In this document: positions 29,575-38,549 of the stretch, in pieces
How the letters are laid out: each line of letters begins with the position of its first letter
Numbering within the stretch: position 1 is the stretch's first letter
Assembly: GCA_965261595.1 (NCBI GenBank)
Contig: CBDHDG010000006.1
Location: 704,001 to 768,000 of the forward strand
Reading direction: 5' to 3'
Source: a bacterium
GTDB taxonomy: Bacteria > UBA8248 > JACPRG01 > G963555815
DNA: 64,000 bases
Notes under the pieces: generated by a model
The model's database searches: none
What the model was told of the DNA's origin: nothing
The model's input: the letters and a program-made list of their open reading frames with translations, nothing else
Program-made: the position numbers and the translations under genes

Positions 29575-29885
29575 GAACCCGTAGATCCGGACGGGATCGA
29601 ATCGGTCTCCCGAGCAAACCAGGCCGCGGCTTTTGCTAAGATCTCCCGCTCCTGGCGGAGCTGTCGGTTCTCGCGGCGAAGTCGGCGCAACTCCTCCCGC
29701 TCATCGCTCGTGAGCCCGTCTTTGCGACGCCCCTCGTCAACGTCGGCTTGATGGGCCCAGGTGCGGATCGTCTGCGCCGAGGGCTCGAACTCGTGCGCCA
29801 GCGCCTCGGGCGTGCGTCCCGCCCGGACCAACTCTACCATCTGGCAGCGGAACTCCATTGGATAGCGTGGGTGAGTCTGTGGCAT
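29571..29885 (-). CDS. IS3 transposase OrfA
   Basis: RYPMEFR...TIRTW...ELRRLRREN...EREIL.KAAAWFA. Confidence 0.9.
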   Translation of the reverse strand: MPQTHPRYPMEFRCQMVELVRAGRTPEALAHEFEPSAQTIRTWAHQADVDEGRRKDGLTSDEREELRRLRRENRQLRQEREILAKAAAWFARETDSIPSGSTGS

Positions 29886-30350
29886 CGTGAACACCTCCTT
29901 TACCCCCAAATCATCAGGTGTCCACCAAACCGGGTCAACTCCATTGAAACAACCGTAATCATTTGTCCCGCTCTGTTGTCGATTGACGTGTAGATCTTCA
30001 GAAGGCATCCATGCTCATAGAAGCTTCTGGCCACGTAACTTTAGAATAAATTGTCCAGTACCTGACGGCTTTAATTAAGATTCATGGTTTTTTTAGGGTG
30101 GAAGGAAACAAGGAAAGGAATGGAAGCATCGAGTGTGGTCTTTTAGGGATATTCGACGGTCAAAAAGCTGATCGGCCAACCTCAATATACAGGAAATCAT
30201 CAGGATTACATCCTTCTCCAGATTGTGCGAAATCCTGGCCGCGCGTGGAATTGAAGTGGTTTGACTCTTGGCCCCTCGGGTTCGGCCCCCTTGAACGATC
30301 GGGACTCTTGGACCGGCCGTTGCGCCGGGCGATCCTTGGGTCTGGACGGA

Positions 30351-30410
30351 ATCGTGAACACCTCCTTTACTCCCAAATAATCAGGCGTCCACCAAACCGG
30401 GTCAACTCCA
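30351..30410 (-). repeat. Second, isolated copy of the IS3 left end (possible MITE spanning 30246-30410)
   Basis: Nearly identical to 29884-29943; a degenerate IR TGGAATTGAAGTGGTTTG begins at 30246. Confidence 0.75.
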
Positions 30411-30592
30411 GGCGGCCGGTGTGTTCAGACTCGCGCTTGCGCGTCCCTCTCCCTCCCCGATCCCCTGTTTCGGTGGACTTGAGGGAATCCGAGTGCAGGG
30501 GGAAACATTTATAATCCATTTATTTTCAAACAGTTAAACAAATTCCGGTTTTGTCCGCCGGTCTAATCCAGAATTCCAGGAGGAAAAAGGGG

Positions 30593-30621
30593 TTGACAAC
30601 CGGACACATTCGTTTTATTTT
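30593..30621 (+). promoter_or_regulatory. Sigma70-type promoter of the PolB2 cassette
   Basis: TTGACA-N17-TATTTT, ending 44 bp before the ATG; RBS GAGG. Confidence 0.6.
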
Positions 30622-30664
30622 TGATTAAATTTCGTTAAACCAGGATTGAACGAGGTCCTCATCA

Positions 30665-31330
30665 ATGTCCTCCGCCGTTGTTATGGCTCCAGTCCGGAAC
30701 CCCCTCGAAGCCCTGGTTCGTGAGCTCTGGTCGCACCGTCCAAAGCCTGTGCTCTTGGGCGGCGGACTCGCGATTCCCGCGGCAACCGCTTTGTCCGCCG
30801 TCCTGGTTTCCCAACACCGGAAGGTTATCTTCGTGGACGGAGCAAACCGCTTCAACCCTTACAACGTTGCCCGGTACGCGAGACGCATTGGGCGCCATCC
30901 AAAAGACATACTCGACGCCAAGCATTTCCTGTTTGCCCGCGCGTTCACCTGCCACCAGTTGATAGTTCTTCTCGAAGAAAGGGTGCGGAAACATTTGGAT
31001 GATGGTCCCGCCATTGTCGTTGTATCCGGTCCGCTGAACACATTCATGGACGAAAGCGTTCCGTGGAAGGAAATCAGGGCGCTCTCCAGACGGCTCAAGA
31101 AGTCCCTCCTCCAAATCAGCGAAACATCTTCTTTGCTCTTGGCCCAGCATTCGGTCGGCGGCCCACGGGAAAGGCATGGGTTGATGCGGGGTCTGGGTTC
31201 ATCGGCAAAAACCGTGGTGATCGTAGAAACCAGTGACAGGGGGCCCCAGGTGAAAATCGTGAAACCGGAAAAGAAGGTGATCGGAGCGGGAGAAGAGCTC
31301 GCCTTGATTACGGCTCAGGGGCAGGCTTGA
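30665..31330 (+). CDS. Inactive RecA/RadA-like protein (ImuA-analogous PolB2 partner)
   Basis: VIFVDGANRFNPY...ARAFTCHQL...F.DE.V; no intact Walker A GKT. Confidence 0.75.
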   Translation: MSSAVVMAPVRNPLEALVRELWSHRPKPVLLGGGLAIPAATALSAVLVSQHRKVIFVDGANRFNPYNVARYARRIGRHPKDILDAKHFLFARAFTCHQLIVLLEERVRKHLDDGPAIVVVSGPLNTFMDESVPWKEIRALSRRLKKSLLQISETSSLLLAQHSVGGPRERHGLMRGLGSSAKTVVIVETSDRGPQVKIVKPEKKVIGAGEELALITAQGQA

Positions 31331-31331
31331 G

Positions 31332-31649
31332 ATGGGGCGCACCGTTGCACCTTTCAGCCACGTTTTGGAAGAAGAGGAAAGAGCGCTCGGCAAGTTCAAA
31401 AGGGCTTTGCGCAAGGAGGACCAGGAAGCTTTCGACCGTCTTTTTGCGGCGGGCAAGCGCCACGTGGCCGCTTCCGTGTATGCAAGCCATCCGTGGCCGA
31501 TGGATCTCATTTTTTTGTCCGTACTCGTTGAACAACAAAAAATCATTGAGAGGTTGACGCCCCTCCGGACGGAGTTTGAGCTTTTGAGGGATGAGGTTGA
31601 AGCCTTGAGAAACGAAGTGAATCGGCTGAAGATCCATGAGAGAGACTGA
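31332..31649 (+). CDS. Small helical PolB2-associated protein
   Basis: MGRTV.PF...FKRALRKEDQ.AFD.LF...H; translationally coupled on both sides. Confidence 0.75.
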   Translation: MGRTVAPFSHVLEEEERALGKFKRALRKEDQEAFDRLFAAGKRHVAASVYASHPWPMDLIFLSVLVEQQKIIERLTPLRTEFELLRDEVEALRNEVNRLKIHERD

Positions 31650-33864
31650 GGGAATTCTCTTTGACATTTACGTAAGCGGACAAGAAGCACGGTTGTGGAT
31701 TCTCACGGAAGACGGCGCTGAGCTTTTTCATCATGCGTATCATCCCAAGGTCTACCTTGAGGGCAAGCGGAACGTTATCACGGAGTTGGTTTCCCGTTTG
31801 GAAAAGCAGCGCCTTATCCTTGGAAAGAGGTGGACGGAGAAAATCGAGTTCTGGTCCGCTGATCTCATCAAGGTCCTGGAGCTTGAGGTGGCCAGCGCGC
31901 CCCATTACGAAAAGCTTTCCGAGATTCTCCCATCCTACGACGGGCCTTTGCACATCTATAATGCCGACCTTCCTCTGGCACAGACGTACCTCTATGAGAC
32001 CGGATTGTTTCCTTGCGGCCATGTGCATGTGGAAACAGAAGGACAGGAGATTCAAAAAATCGAGGCTACGGAATCGGCATGGCAGGACCTCCAACTTCCA
32101 CCGCTCAGGACAATCACGCTTGAGCCTTTGCATGAGTCTCCGAATCGCTTTCCAGGCCTCAGAATTTCTTGGGAAGGGAAAGATCATGAAATCGATCCTG
32201 AAAGACCGGAAGCGCTGGTCACAGAATTGAACCACGTCATTGAGCGGGTGGACCCTGATCTACTCCTCACGTCTCAGGGAGACACGTTGCTTTTTCCATG
32301 GCTGTTGCGAGCCGAGGCCCTGGCAAAGGCTCGGCTCAACCTGGATCGGGACGCGGCAGTCCCAAGGCGTTCGCTCAGAACAAAGGGCAGGTCTTATTTC
32401 ACCTACGGCCGGATCCTTTATTCTCCTCCACGCTATCCTCTTTTCGGCCGATGGCACATCGACAAAGAGGCTTCCTTTATGTATCGGGAAGCGGGTCTGG
32501 ACGGAATCGTGGAACTTTCGCGCTTGGCAAAGATTCCCGTTCAGACCACCGCAAGAACTTCCCCGGGCACAGCCATCTCATCGATGCAGCTGGATGAGGC
32601 CTTTCGGCAGAACATCCTGGTCCCGTGGCGGAAAGGCGAGCCCGAGGCTTTCAAAACACCGTGGAAGCTCTTCATCGCGGACAAAGGCGGCTTAACGTAT
32701 TCACCCGAAGTGGGCGAATTTGAGAACGTTGCGGAAATTGATTTTGCATCCATGTATCCCGCAATCATGGTCGCGCACAACATCTCTCCCGAAACCATGC
32801 TGTGTTCGTGCTGCGAGAAAGATGGTGAAAAAGTTCCTGAATCCGGCTACCACATCTGCAAGCGAAGGCATGGGTTGGTTCCAAAGGTTCTGGCGCCAAT
32901 CCTTGACAGAAGGGAGGCCTTGAAACGGCGGAAGAAACTGGCAAACAATGATCGGGATAGAATTCACTTCGACAAACGTCAGACGGCGTTGAAGTGGATC
33001 CTTGTCACATGTTTCGGATATTTGGGTTACAAAAATGCGCGCTTCGGGAGAATCGAAGCCCATGAAGCCGTAACCGCATTCGGCAGAGAGAAGCTTCTGC
33101 ACGCAAAAGAAATTGTGGAAACGCAAGGCTACCGCATACTCCACGCCCTCACCGACTCGTTGTGGATTCATCAAGGAGACATCGGGGAGGAAGCGCTATG
33201 CAAGTCTATCGATGAAATTGTTGAAGCAACCCGAATCCCAATGGCATTAGAGGGCGTCTACAGATGGTTGCACTTCCTGCCGTCAAAGCGAAGGCCCTCC
33301 GTCGGGACGCCGGCGCGATTCTTCGGTGTCTTGAAGAACGGAAATTTGAAGGCTCGCGGGCTTGCTCACCGAAGGAGTGATACGCCGCGGTTCATCAAAG
33401 AAGCGCAATTGTCCATTCTGAAAATCCTCAGCAACGCGAGGGATTTGAAAGAATATCATGCCTTGTTCGGGAAAGCGGAGGAAGAGCATGAGCAATGGCG
33501 CAAGGAGCTTCAATCCGGGAATGTTTCTCCATGGCGCCTTGTGATGACCCGCAGGCTGACGCGGGATGTAAACAGCTATAAGGCGGACACATGGACTTCG
33601 TTGGCCGGAAGACAATACGAGCAAGCGGGCATAACGTTGCATGCCGGTGAACGGATTTCGTTTTTGCTGAAGAATGTTTCAGATCCGTTGAAACAAGAGC
33701 GGGTGATCGCAGCGCCCTTCATCAAGCCGGAGGATCATTACGACCTGAGAAAATATGAACAAATGTTAAATCATGCGGTGGAAGAGCTTTGGTGTACAAC
33801 GCCGCGGCAGGATGTGTCTTCGACGGCCGATTCCCATTCTTCCTTATTCCTGCCTCTCTCTTGA
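31636..33864 (+). CDS. Family B DNA polymerase, PolB2/Dpo2-like group
   Basis: Motif A IDFASMYPAIM..HNIS, motif B RQ.ALKW.LV..FGYLGY, degenerate motif C ALTDSLW, KARG..RR.D.P; exonuclease motifs not recognisable. Confidence 0.88.
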   Translation: MRETEGILFDIYVSGQEARLWILTEDGAELFHHAYHPKVYLEGKRNVITELVSRLEKQRLILGKRWTEKIEFWSADLIKVLELEVASAPHYEKLSEILPSYDGPLHIYNADLPLAQTYLYETGLFPCGHVHVETEGQEIQKIEATESAWQDLQLPPLRTITLEPLHESPNRFPGLRISWEGKDHEIDPERPEALVTELNHVIERVDPDLLLTSQGDTLLFPWLLRAEALAKARLNLDRDAAVPRRSLRTKGRSYFTYGRILYSPPRYPLFGRWHIDKEASFMYREAGLDGIVELSRLAKIPVQTTARTSPGTAISSMQLDEAFRQNILVPWRKGEPEAFKTPWKLFIADKGGLTYSPEVGEFENVAEIDFASMYPAIMVAHNISPETMLCSCCEKDGEKVPESGYHICKRRHGLVPKVLAPILDRREALKRRKKLANNDRDRIHFDKRQTALKWILVTCFGYLGYKNARFGRIEAHEAVTAFGREKLLHAKEIVETQGYRILHALTDSLWIHQGDIGEEALCKSIDEIVEATRIPMALEGVYRWLHFLPSKRRPSVGTPARFFGVLKNGNLKARGLAHRRSDTPRFIKEAQLSILKILSNARDLKEYHALFGKAEEEHEQWRKELQSGNVSPWRLVMTRRLTRDVNSYKADTWTSLAGRQYEQAGITLHAGERISFLLKNVSDPLKQERVIAAPFIKPEDHYDLRKYEQMLNHAVEELWCTTPRQDVSSTADSHSSLFLPLS

Positions 33865-34046
33865 TCGGGGGCGAAAACCCTCAAGCGGGAAATTTCAAAA
33901 GATGATAGCAATCGCCTGCTTCGAGTCGGCGGCCGGTGTGTTCCGACTCGCTCTTGCGCGTCCCCGCTCCTGATGCCATTTTGGTCCGAGAGGTCAATCA
34001 TAACAAGCGTTTGGGACGGTTCCGCTGGTTGTTGGGATAGGTCATC

Positions 34047-35015
34047 ATGGCCGCCCTCCTGGCCGGCGGGGCGACGACTGTCTCCGCCGCCAAGCGCGTG
34101 AAGATCGGGATGTTCGCGTTCGGCCATACGCGGATGGTCGGCCAACACCTCATTGACGACGGGATCGCCAAGAGGTGGGGCGCGAAGTACGGCGTGGATC
34201 TGAAGATTTTCTTCCCCAACGACGACTTTGCGGCGTTCATGGGCAAATCCACGCAGATCATCGCCCTCAGCAGCCTCGAAGCGGCCCGGCTGGTGGGCGA
34301 CGAGGGCCTCGACATCGTGATGTGGGGGAAGCTGAACACCGCTTTCCAGGAGTTTTATGTGCGGACCGACTCGCCGTACAAGAGCCCGGCCGACCTGAAA
34401 GGCAAGAAGATCGTCATCGCCGGGTGGGACACCGGGTCGGCGCAGATCGGGACCATACTGATGAAGCGGTTTTGGGGACTCAATCTGCGGAAGGACTTCC
34501 GAGTCGTGACCGCCTCCTGGCCGGTCGGGCCCCAGGTTCTGGCGAAGGGCGACGTCGAGATGGCCTTGACCGAAATGCCCCTCACCCTGGAGTTGATGGA
34601 ACGGGGGAAGATCCGGCCCATCCTCAGCACCTACGCGACTGAATGGGCCAAGCGCAGGGGAACGGGGCATCTCATCTCCATCAGCCTGTGGGCGTCGTTC
34701 GGCAAGTGGCTGAAGAAGAACGAGAAGGCCGCCCGGGCCGTCCTCGGCGCGACGCAGGAGGCCATGGATTACATCAACAAAAACACCCGGTCGTGGGCCG
34801 GCCGCTATCGCGATTTCATCCAGGACAAAGCCACGGACTCCCAGGTGGCCACGTTTGTGGATTGGTGGCGGAAGGTCCAACCCTCCTACAAGAACGCCTA
34901 CCTGGACGAGAAGTTCATTCGGGGGGAGACGGAGTTCCTGAAGATGGCCGTCGAGGCCGGTTTCATAAAGCCCAAGGGCGTGAAGAAGGGTCTTTGGCGC
35001 GTCATCAAGCCCTGA
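34047..35015 (+). CDS. SsuA/NMT1-like ABC substrate-binding protein
   Basis: DSPYKSPADLKGKKI motif; the signal peptide appears disrupted by an in-frame TAG at 34038. Confidence 0.7.
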   Translation: MAALLAGGATTVSAAKRVKIGMFAFGHTRMVGQHLIDDGIAKRWGAKYGVDLKIFFPNDDFAAFMGKSTQIIALSSLEAARLVGDEGLDIVMWGKLNTAFQEFYVRTDSPYKSPADLKGKKIVIAGWDTGSAQIGTILMKRFWGLNLRKDFRVVTASWPVGPQVLAKGDVEMALTEMPLTLELMERGKIRPILSTYATEWAKRRGTGHLISISLWASFGKWLKKNEKAARAVLGATQEAMDYINKNTRSWAGRYRDFIQDKATDSQVATFVDWWRKVQPSYKNAYLDEKFIRGETEFLKMAVEAGFIKPKGVKKGLWRVIKP

Positions 35016-35289
35016 AAGAGGCGAGGTCCTTTTCCGCGTAGAATTGAACATGGCCCTGTGAAGCCGGGCCGTCGCGGCAAGGCGTCCCACGTCTTGCTCC
35101 GTCCCATGAACAGGCCCGGGGGCAGACCCGCCGCGACGGCCGGGAAGACAGCGGCCGCCACCCGGCCGAAGTTCTACGTCCGGCTTCTCAAGCGGGAGCG
35201 GGTCTATCACCACATTCGCCCCAGCAGGCCCTGAGAAATCTTACAAACCGGCCCCTGTCTCTCATCGGTCTTGAACGCATGCCCTCTCT

Positions 35290-35318
35290 TTGACCGGCTT
35301 CTCCGGATTTGCTAAAAT
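35290..35318 (+). promoter_or_regulatory. Sigma70-type promoter for mqnE
   Basis: TTGACC-N17-TAAAAT with an extended TGn -10. Confidence 0.65.
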
Positions 35319-35353
35319 TCCAGGAATAGCGAGTTCATAGGAGCGGGATTCCG

Positions 35354-36460
35354 ATGCAATCCATCACAGAGACTTTGCCACGATTCAGAGACCAGCGACT
35401 CGTGCCCCTCTGGGAGAAGGTCCAGGTCGGCGAGCGGCTCTCTCGGGACGAAGGCCTCTTGTTGTTCGAGACCGATGACCTCCTGGGACTCGGGCGGATG
35501 GCGAACTTCGCCAAACATCGGCGCGTCGGGGACTGGGTCTTCTTCGTGATCAACCGCTACATCAATCCCACGAACGTCTGTGTCCTCTCCTGCAAGTTCT
35601 GCGACTTCGCCAGAAAGAAGGGTGAGGCCGGCGCCTTCGAGTACGGCATCGAGGACATCCTGGGTATGCTCAAGGACGAAGTCCGAGAGGTCCACATCGT
35701 AGGCGGCCACCACCCGGACTGGCCCTTCGAGTACTACGAGCGCCTGATCCAGGCGATCCACGACCGTCATCCCCAGATTCAGATCAAGGCTTTCACCGCC
35801 GCCGAAATCGATTACTTCTATCGGCGTTGGAAGATCCAGCCGGAGGAGGCGCTGGCCCGCCTCAAGGCGGCCGGGCTCCACTCGATGCCCGGAGGGGGGG
35901 CGGAGATCTTCTCCAAGCGAATTCAGAAGGCGCTCGACTACACCGGCAAGGCGGACGCCGATCGCTGGTGCGAGATCCACGGCATGGCCCACCGTCTGGG
36001 TATTCGGACCAACGCCACCATGCTCTACGGCCACATCGAGACCGTGGCCGAGCGCGTCGACCACCTCCTTCGCCTCCGAGCCCAGCAGGATGAGAGTGGC
36101 GGCTTCCTGACCTTCATCCCGCTCGCCTACCAAGTGGGGAACACGAAGCTGGTGCGCCGCCAGACCCCGCCGACCGATGACCTTCGGACCATCTCGGCCT
36201 CACGCCTCCTCCTCGACAACTTTCCCCACGTGGAGGCCTACTGGGTGATGATCGGCGAGGCGACGACATCGGTGGCCCTGCACTTCGGCGCCGACGACGT
36301 CAACGGCACGTTGGAAGATGAAAGGGTCGCCCATGCGGCGAAGGCGGAAAGCCCCATTGGCCTCGTGCGTGAAAAGCTCTTTCGGATGATCCGCGACGCG
36401 GGCAAAATCCCCGTCGAGCGCGACGCCCTGTACAACGTGGTCAAGGTTTGGAACGATTGA
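35354..36460 (+). CDS. mqnE: Aminofutalosine synthase (radical SAM)
   Basis: INPTNVCVLSCKFC.F, EVHIVGG.HP, PGGGAEIF, ATMLYGHIET, AYWVM. Confidence 0.88.
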   Translation: MQSITETLPRFRDQRLVPLWEKVQVGERLSRDEGLLLFETDDLLGLGRMANFAKHRRVGDWVFFVINRYINPTNVCVLSCKFCDFARKKGEAGAFEYGIEDILGMLKDEVREVHIVGGHHPDWPFEYYERLIQAIHDRHPQIQIKAFTAAEIDYFYRRWKIQPEEALARLKAAGLHSMPGGGAEIFSKRIQKALDYTGKADADRWCEIHGMAHRLGIRTNATMLYGHIETVAERVDHLLRLRAQQDESGGFLTFIPLAYQVGNTKLVRRQTPPTDDLRTISASRLLLDNFPHVEAYWVMIGEATTSVALHFGADDVNGTLEDERVAHAAKAESPIGLVREKLFRMIRDAGKIPVERDALYNVVKVWND

Positions 36461-36734
36461 GCACTGATTCGGTCATGTCCTAATTTTAGCCGGAAAAAAG
36501 TCGAATCTTACAAATGAACACGGTCTCGATAGGGCGCCACGCACGAAGCGGAGATGAGGGAGTTTTTTTTGTGGGGGCGGGTGTGTGACCGCGGGACCAC
36601 CGTGAGGCCATGAATCAACAATCAATCTCTCGTGGTCTTCGGCATTCCGGTGCCTCTGGGTTTTCGATAGGTCTTATGCGCCACCACCCGCCAAAACTTC
36701 AGGACGTTCATTGTGCGGGAGTCAATCGCCGGTA

Positions 36735-37481
36735 ATGCTCAGGGTCGGACATATCCCGTACCTCGTTTTCGAGCCTTTTTTCTCCCACCTGTCGGGATTT
36801 GAGCTCGTTCGGCTGAATCCCCGGATGCTCGGACGCGCCATGGCCCGGGGCGTCCTCGACGCGGGCCCGCTTTCGCTGGTGGATTTCCTCAGATCGGAGA
36901 CAGCGCTTACGCCGCTTCCATTCGGCGTCGCCACCCGGGGTGCGGCCCAGAGCGTTTTGCTCTTTTCAAACCGTCCGCTTTCCGAGTTGGGCGGCGCGGT
37001 GCTCGCCGTCAGCCCCGAAACCTCCACGTCCGTCGAGCTCCTCAGGATCCTCCTCACCTTGAAGTATGAGGCCGTTCCCCGCGCTTGGGTCGGGACCGAT
37101 GAGCCCCACGATGCCGTGCTCCTCATCGGCGACCAGGCGATCCAGGCGCTCAAGTCCCACCCCCGGTTCTCTCATGTGGTGGACCTCGGGAGTGAGTGGG
37201 TTCGGTGGATGGGGCTTCCCTTCGTCTTCGCCCGGTGGGCGGTGCGGACCTCCGTCCCGGATGCCGAACAGCTCACCCTTCGGCTCGCCCTCGACGAGGG
37301 GCTGGAGCGAGGGCTCGCGGGACTCCCCGGGATCGCTCAAACCCGCCGCGACACAGGATTCAGCGAGGCCGAGGTGGTAAGCTATCTGAACGGGTTCATC
37401 AATCGGCTCGGGGCCGAAGAAGAGAAGGCAATCGCCGAGTTCAGCCGGCTGCTGGCCCAGGTGGAGGAACAGCCGTGCTGA
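36735..37481 (+). CDS. mqnA: Chorismate dehydratase (futalosine pathway)
   Basis: VGHIPYL...SVLLFS...S.TSV.LL...LLIGDQA...DLG.EW...GLPFVFA.W. Confidence 0.82.
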   Translation: MLRVGHIPYLVFEPFFSHLSGFELVRLNPRMLGRAMARGVLDAGPLSLVDFLRSETALTPLPFGVATRGAAQSVLLFSNRPLSELGGAVLAVSPETSTSVELLRILLTLKYEAVPRAWVGTDEPHDAVLLIGDQAIQALKSHPRFSHVVDLGSEWVRWMGLPFVFARWAVRTSVPDAEQLTLRLALDEGLERGLAGLPGIAQTRRDTGFSEAEVVSYLNGFINRLGAEEEKAIAEFSRLLAQVEEQPC

Positions 37482-38548
37482 GCGAAGTCGAGGCCAAGGT
37501 GGACGCCGGAAAGCGGGTGACGCGCGCGGAGGGGCTCTGGCTCCTCAAAGAGGCGCCCCTGTTGGAGTTGGGGGTGCTCGCCCAGGAGGCGCGTTTCAGG
37601 GTCATACCCGAGCGGCGCGTCACGTTTGTCATCGACAGCAATCCCAACTACACCAACGTCTGCGTCACGGACTGCCAGTTCTGCGCCTTCTACCGCAAAC
37701 CCGGATCCCCCGAGGCCTACACGCTGACGGTGGACGAAGTGCTCAAAAAGGTCGAGTCCGCCGCCGAGAAGGGCGCCACAACGGTCCTCTTGCAAGGCGG
37801 CCACAATCCGGAAATCCCCCTGGAATACTACCTGACCCTGGTCCGGGAGACACGCCGGCGCTTCCCCCAGGTCACCCCGCACTTCTTCTCCGCCTCGGAA
37901 ATCCAGACCATGAGCCAGACGGCCGGGCTCGGCGTGAGAGAGATCCTCAGCCGTCTGAGGGAAGCCGGACAATGCTCCCTGCCCGGCGGGGGCGCCGAAG
38001 TGCTCTCGGAGAAGGTGCGGAAGCGGATCGAGCCAAAAAAGGGCGGGCCCTCGGCCTGGCTCGACGTTCACCGAGAGGCCCACCGGCTTGGCTTCAAGTC
38101 CACCGCCACGATGATGTATGGCCACCTGGAGCAACCCGAGGACATCTTCGATCACCTGGACGCAGTCCGCGACCTACAGGACGAACAGGCTGGTTTCACC
38201 GCGTTCGTCCCCTGGTCCTTCAAGCCGGAGAACACACTTTTAGAAAAGTGGATCAAGCACTATGCCGGGCCGAACCAGTACCTCCGCATGCTGGCGGTGG
38301 CGCGCCTCTATCTGGACAACTTCCCCCATATCCAGGCCTCCTGGTTCTCCGAAGGGAAGCGGGTCGGGCAACTTGCGCTACGCTTCGGCGCCGACGACTT
38401 CGGCGGAACGCTCTTCGAGGAGAACGTGCACGCCGCCGCTAACTTTGTGAACAAGGCGATGGTGGTAGAGGTCTGCACGCTGATCCGTGAGGCTGGCTTC
38501 ACCCCCACACAACGCACGACCCTTTACGAAATCCTGAAGGTCTACTGA
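37475..38548 (+). CDS. mqnC: Cyclic dehypoxanthine futalosine synthase (radical SAM)
   Basis: NYTNVCVTDCQFCAFYR, LLQGG.NP, ATMMYGH, LYLDNF.HIQASW, EENV; GTG start. Confidence 0.88.
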   Translation: MLSEVEAKVDAGKRVTRAEGLWLLKEAPLLELGVLAQEARFRVIPERRVTFVIDSNPNYTNVCVTDCQFCAFYRKPGSPEAYTLTVDEVLKKVESAAEKGATTVLLQGGHNPEIPLEYYLTLVRETRRRFPQVTPHFFSASEIQTMSQTAGLGVREILSRLREAGQCSLPGGGAEVLSEKVRKRIEPKKGGPSAWLDVHREAHRLGFKSTATMMYGHLEQPEDIFDHLDAVRDLQDEQAGFTAFVPWSFKPENTLLEKWIKHYAGPNQYLRMLAVARLYLDNFPHIQASWFSEGKRVGQLALRFGADDFGGTLFEENVHAAANFVNKAMVVEVCTLIREAGFTPTQRTTLYEILKVY

Positions 38549-38549
38549 C

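Larger units (their letters stand above)
28684..29943 (-). mobile_element. IS3-family insertion sequence
   Basis: IRs TGGAGTTACCCCGGTTTGGTGGA and TGGAGTTGACCCGGTTTGGTGGA (TG...CA ends); orfA and orfB present; no target duplication (GAT versus TTG). Confidence 0.92.

Noticed and set aside
29941..30260. ATTGAAAC (29943-29950) and GCGCGTGGAATTGAA (30241-30255), resembling CRISPR repeat ends
   Set aside because: Isolated and non-periodic; both coincide with IS ends
26096..33864. Prophage or pipolin interpretation of the repressor plus PolB
   Set aside because: No integrase, att/tRNA site or virion genes; the polymerase has PolB2-type motifs and partners
34038..34040. In-frame TAG as pyrrolysine or other recoding
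   Set aside because: It lies in a signal peptide, no pyl genes are seen, and other genes in the window use TAG as a stop
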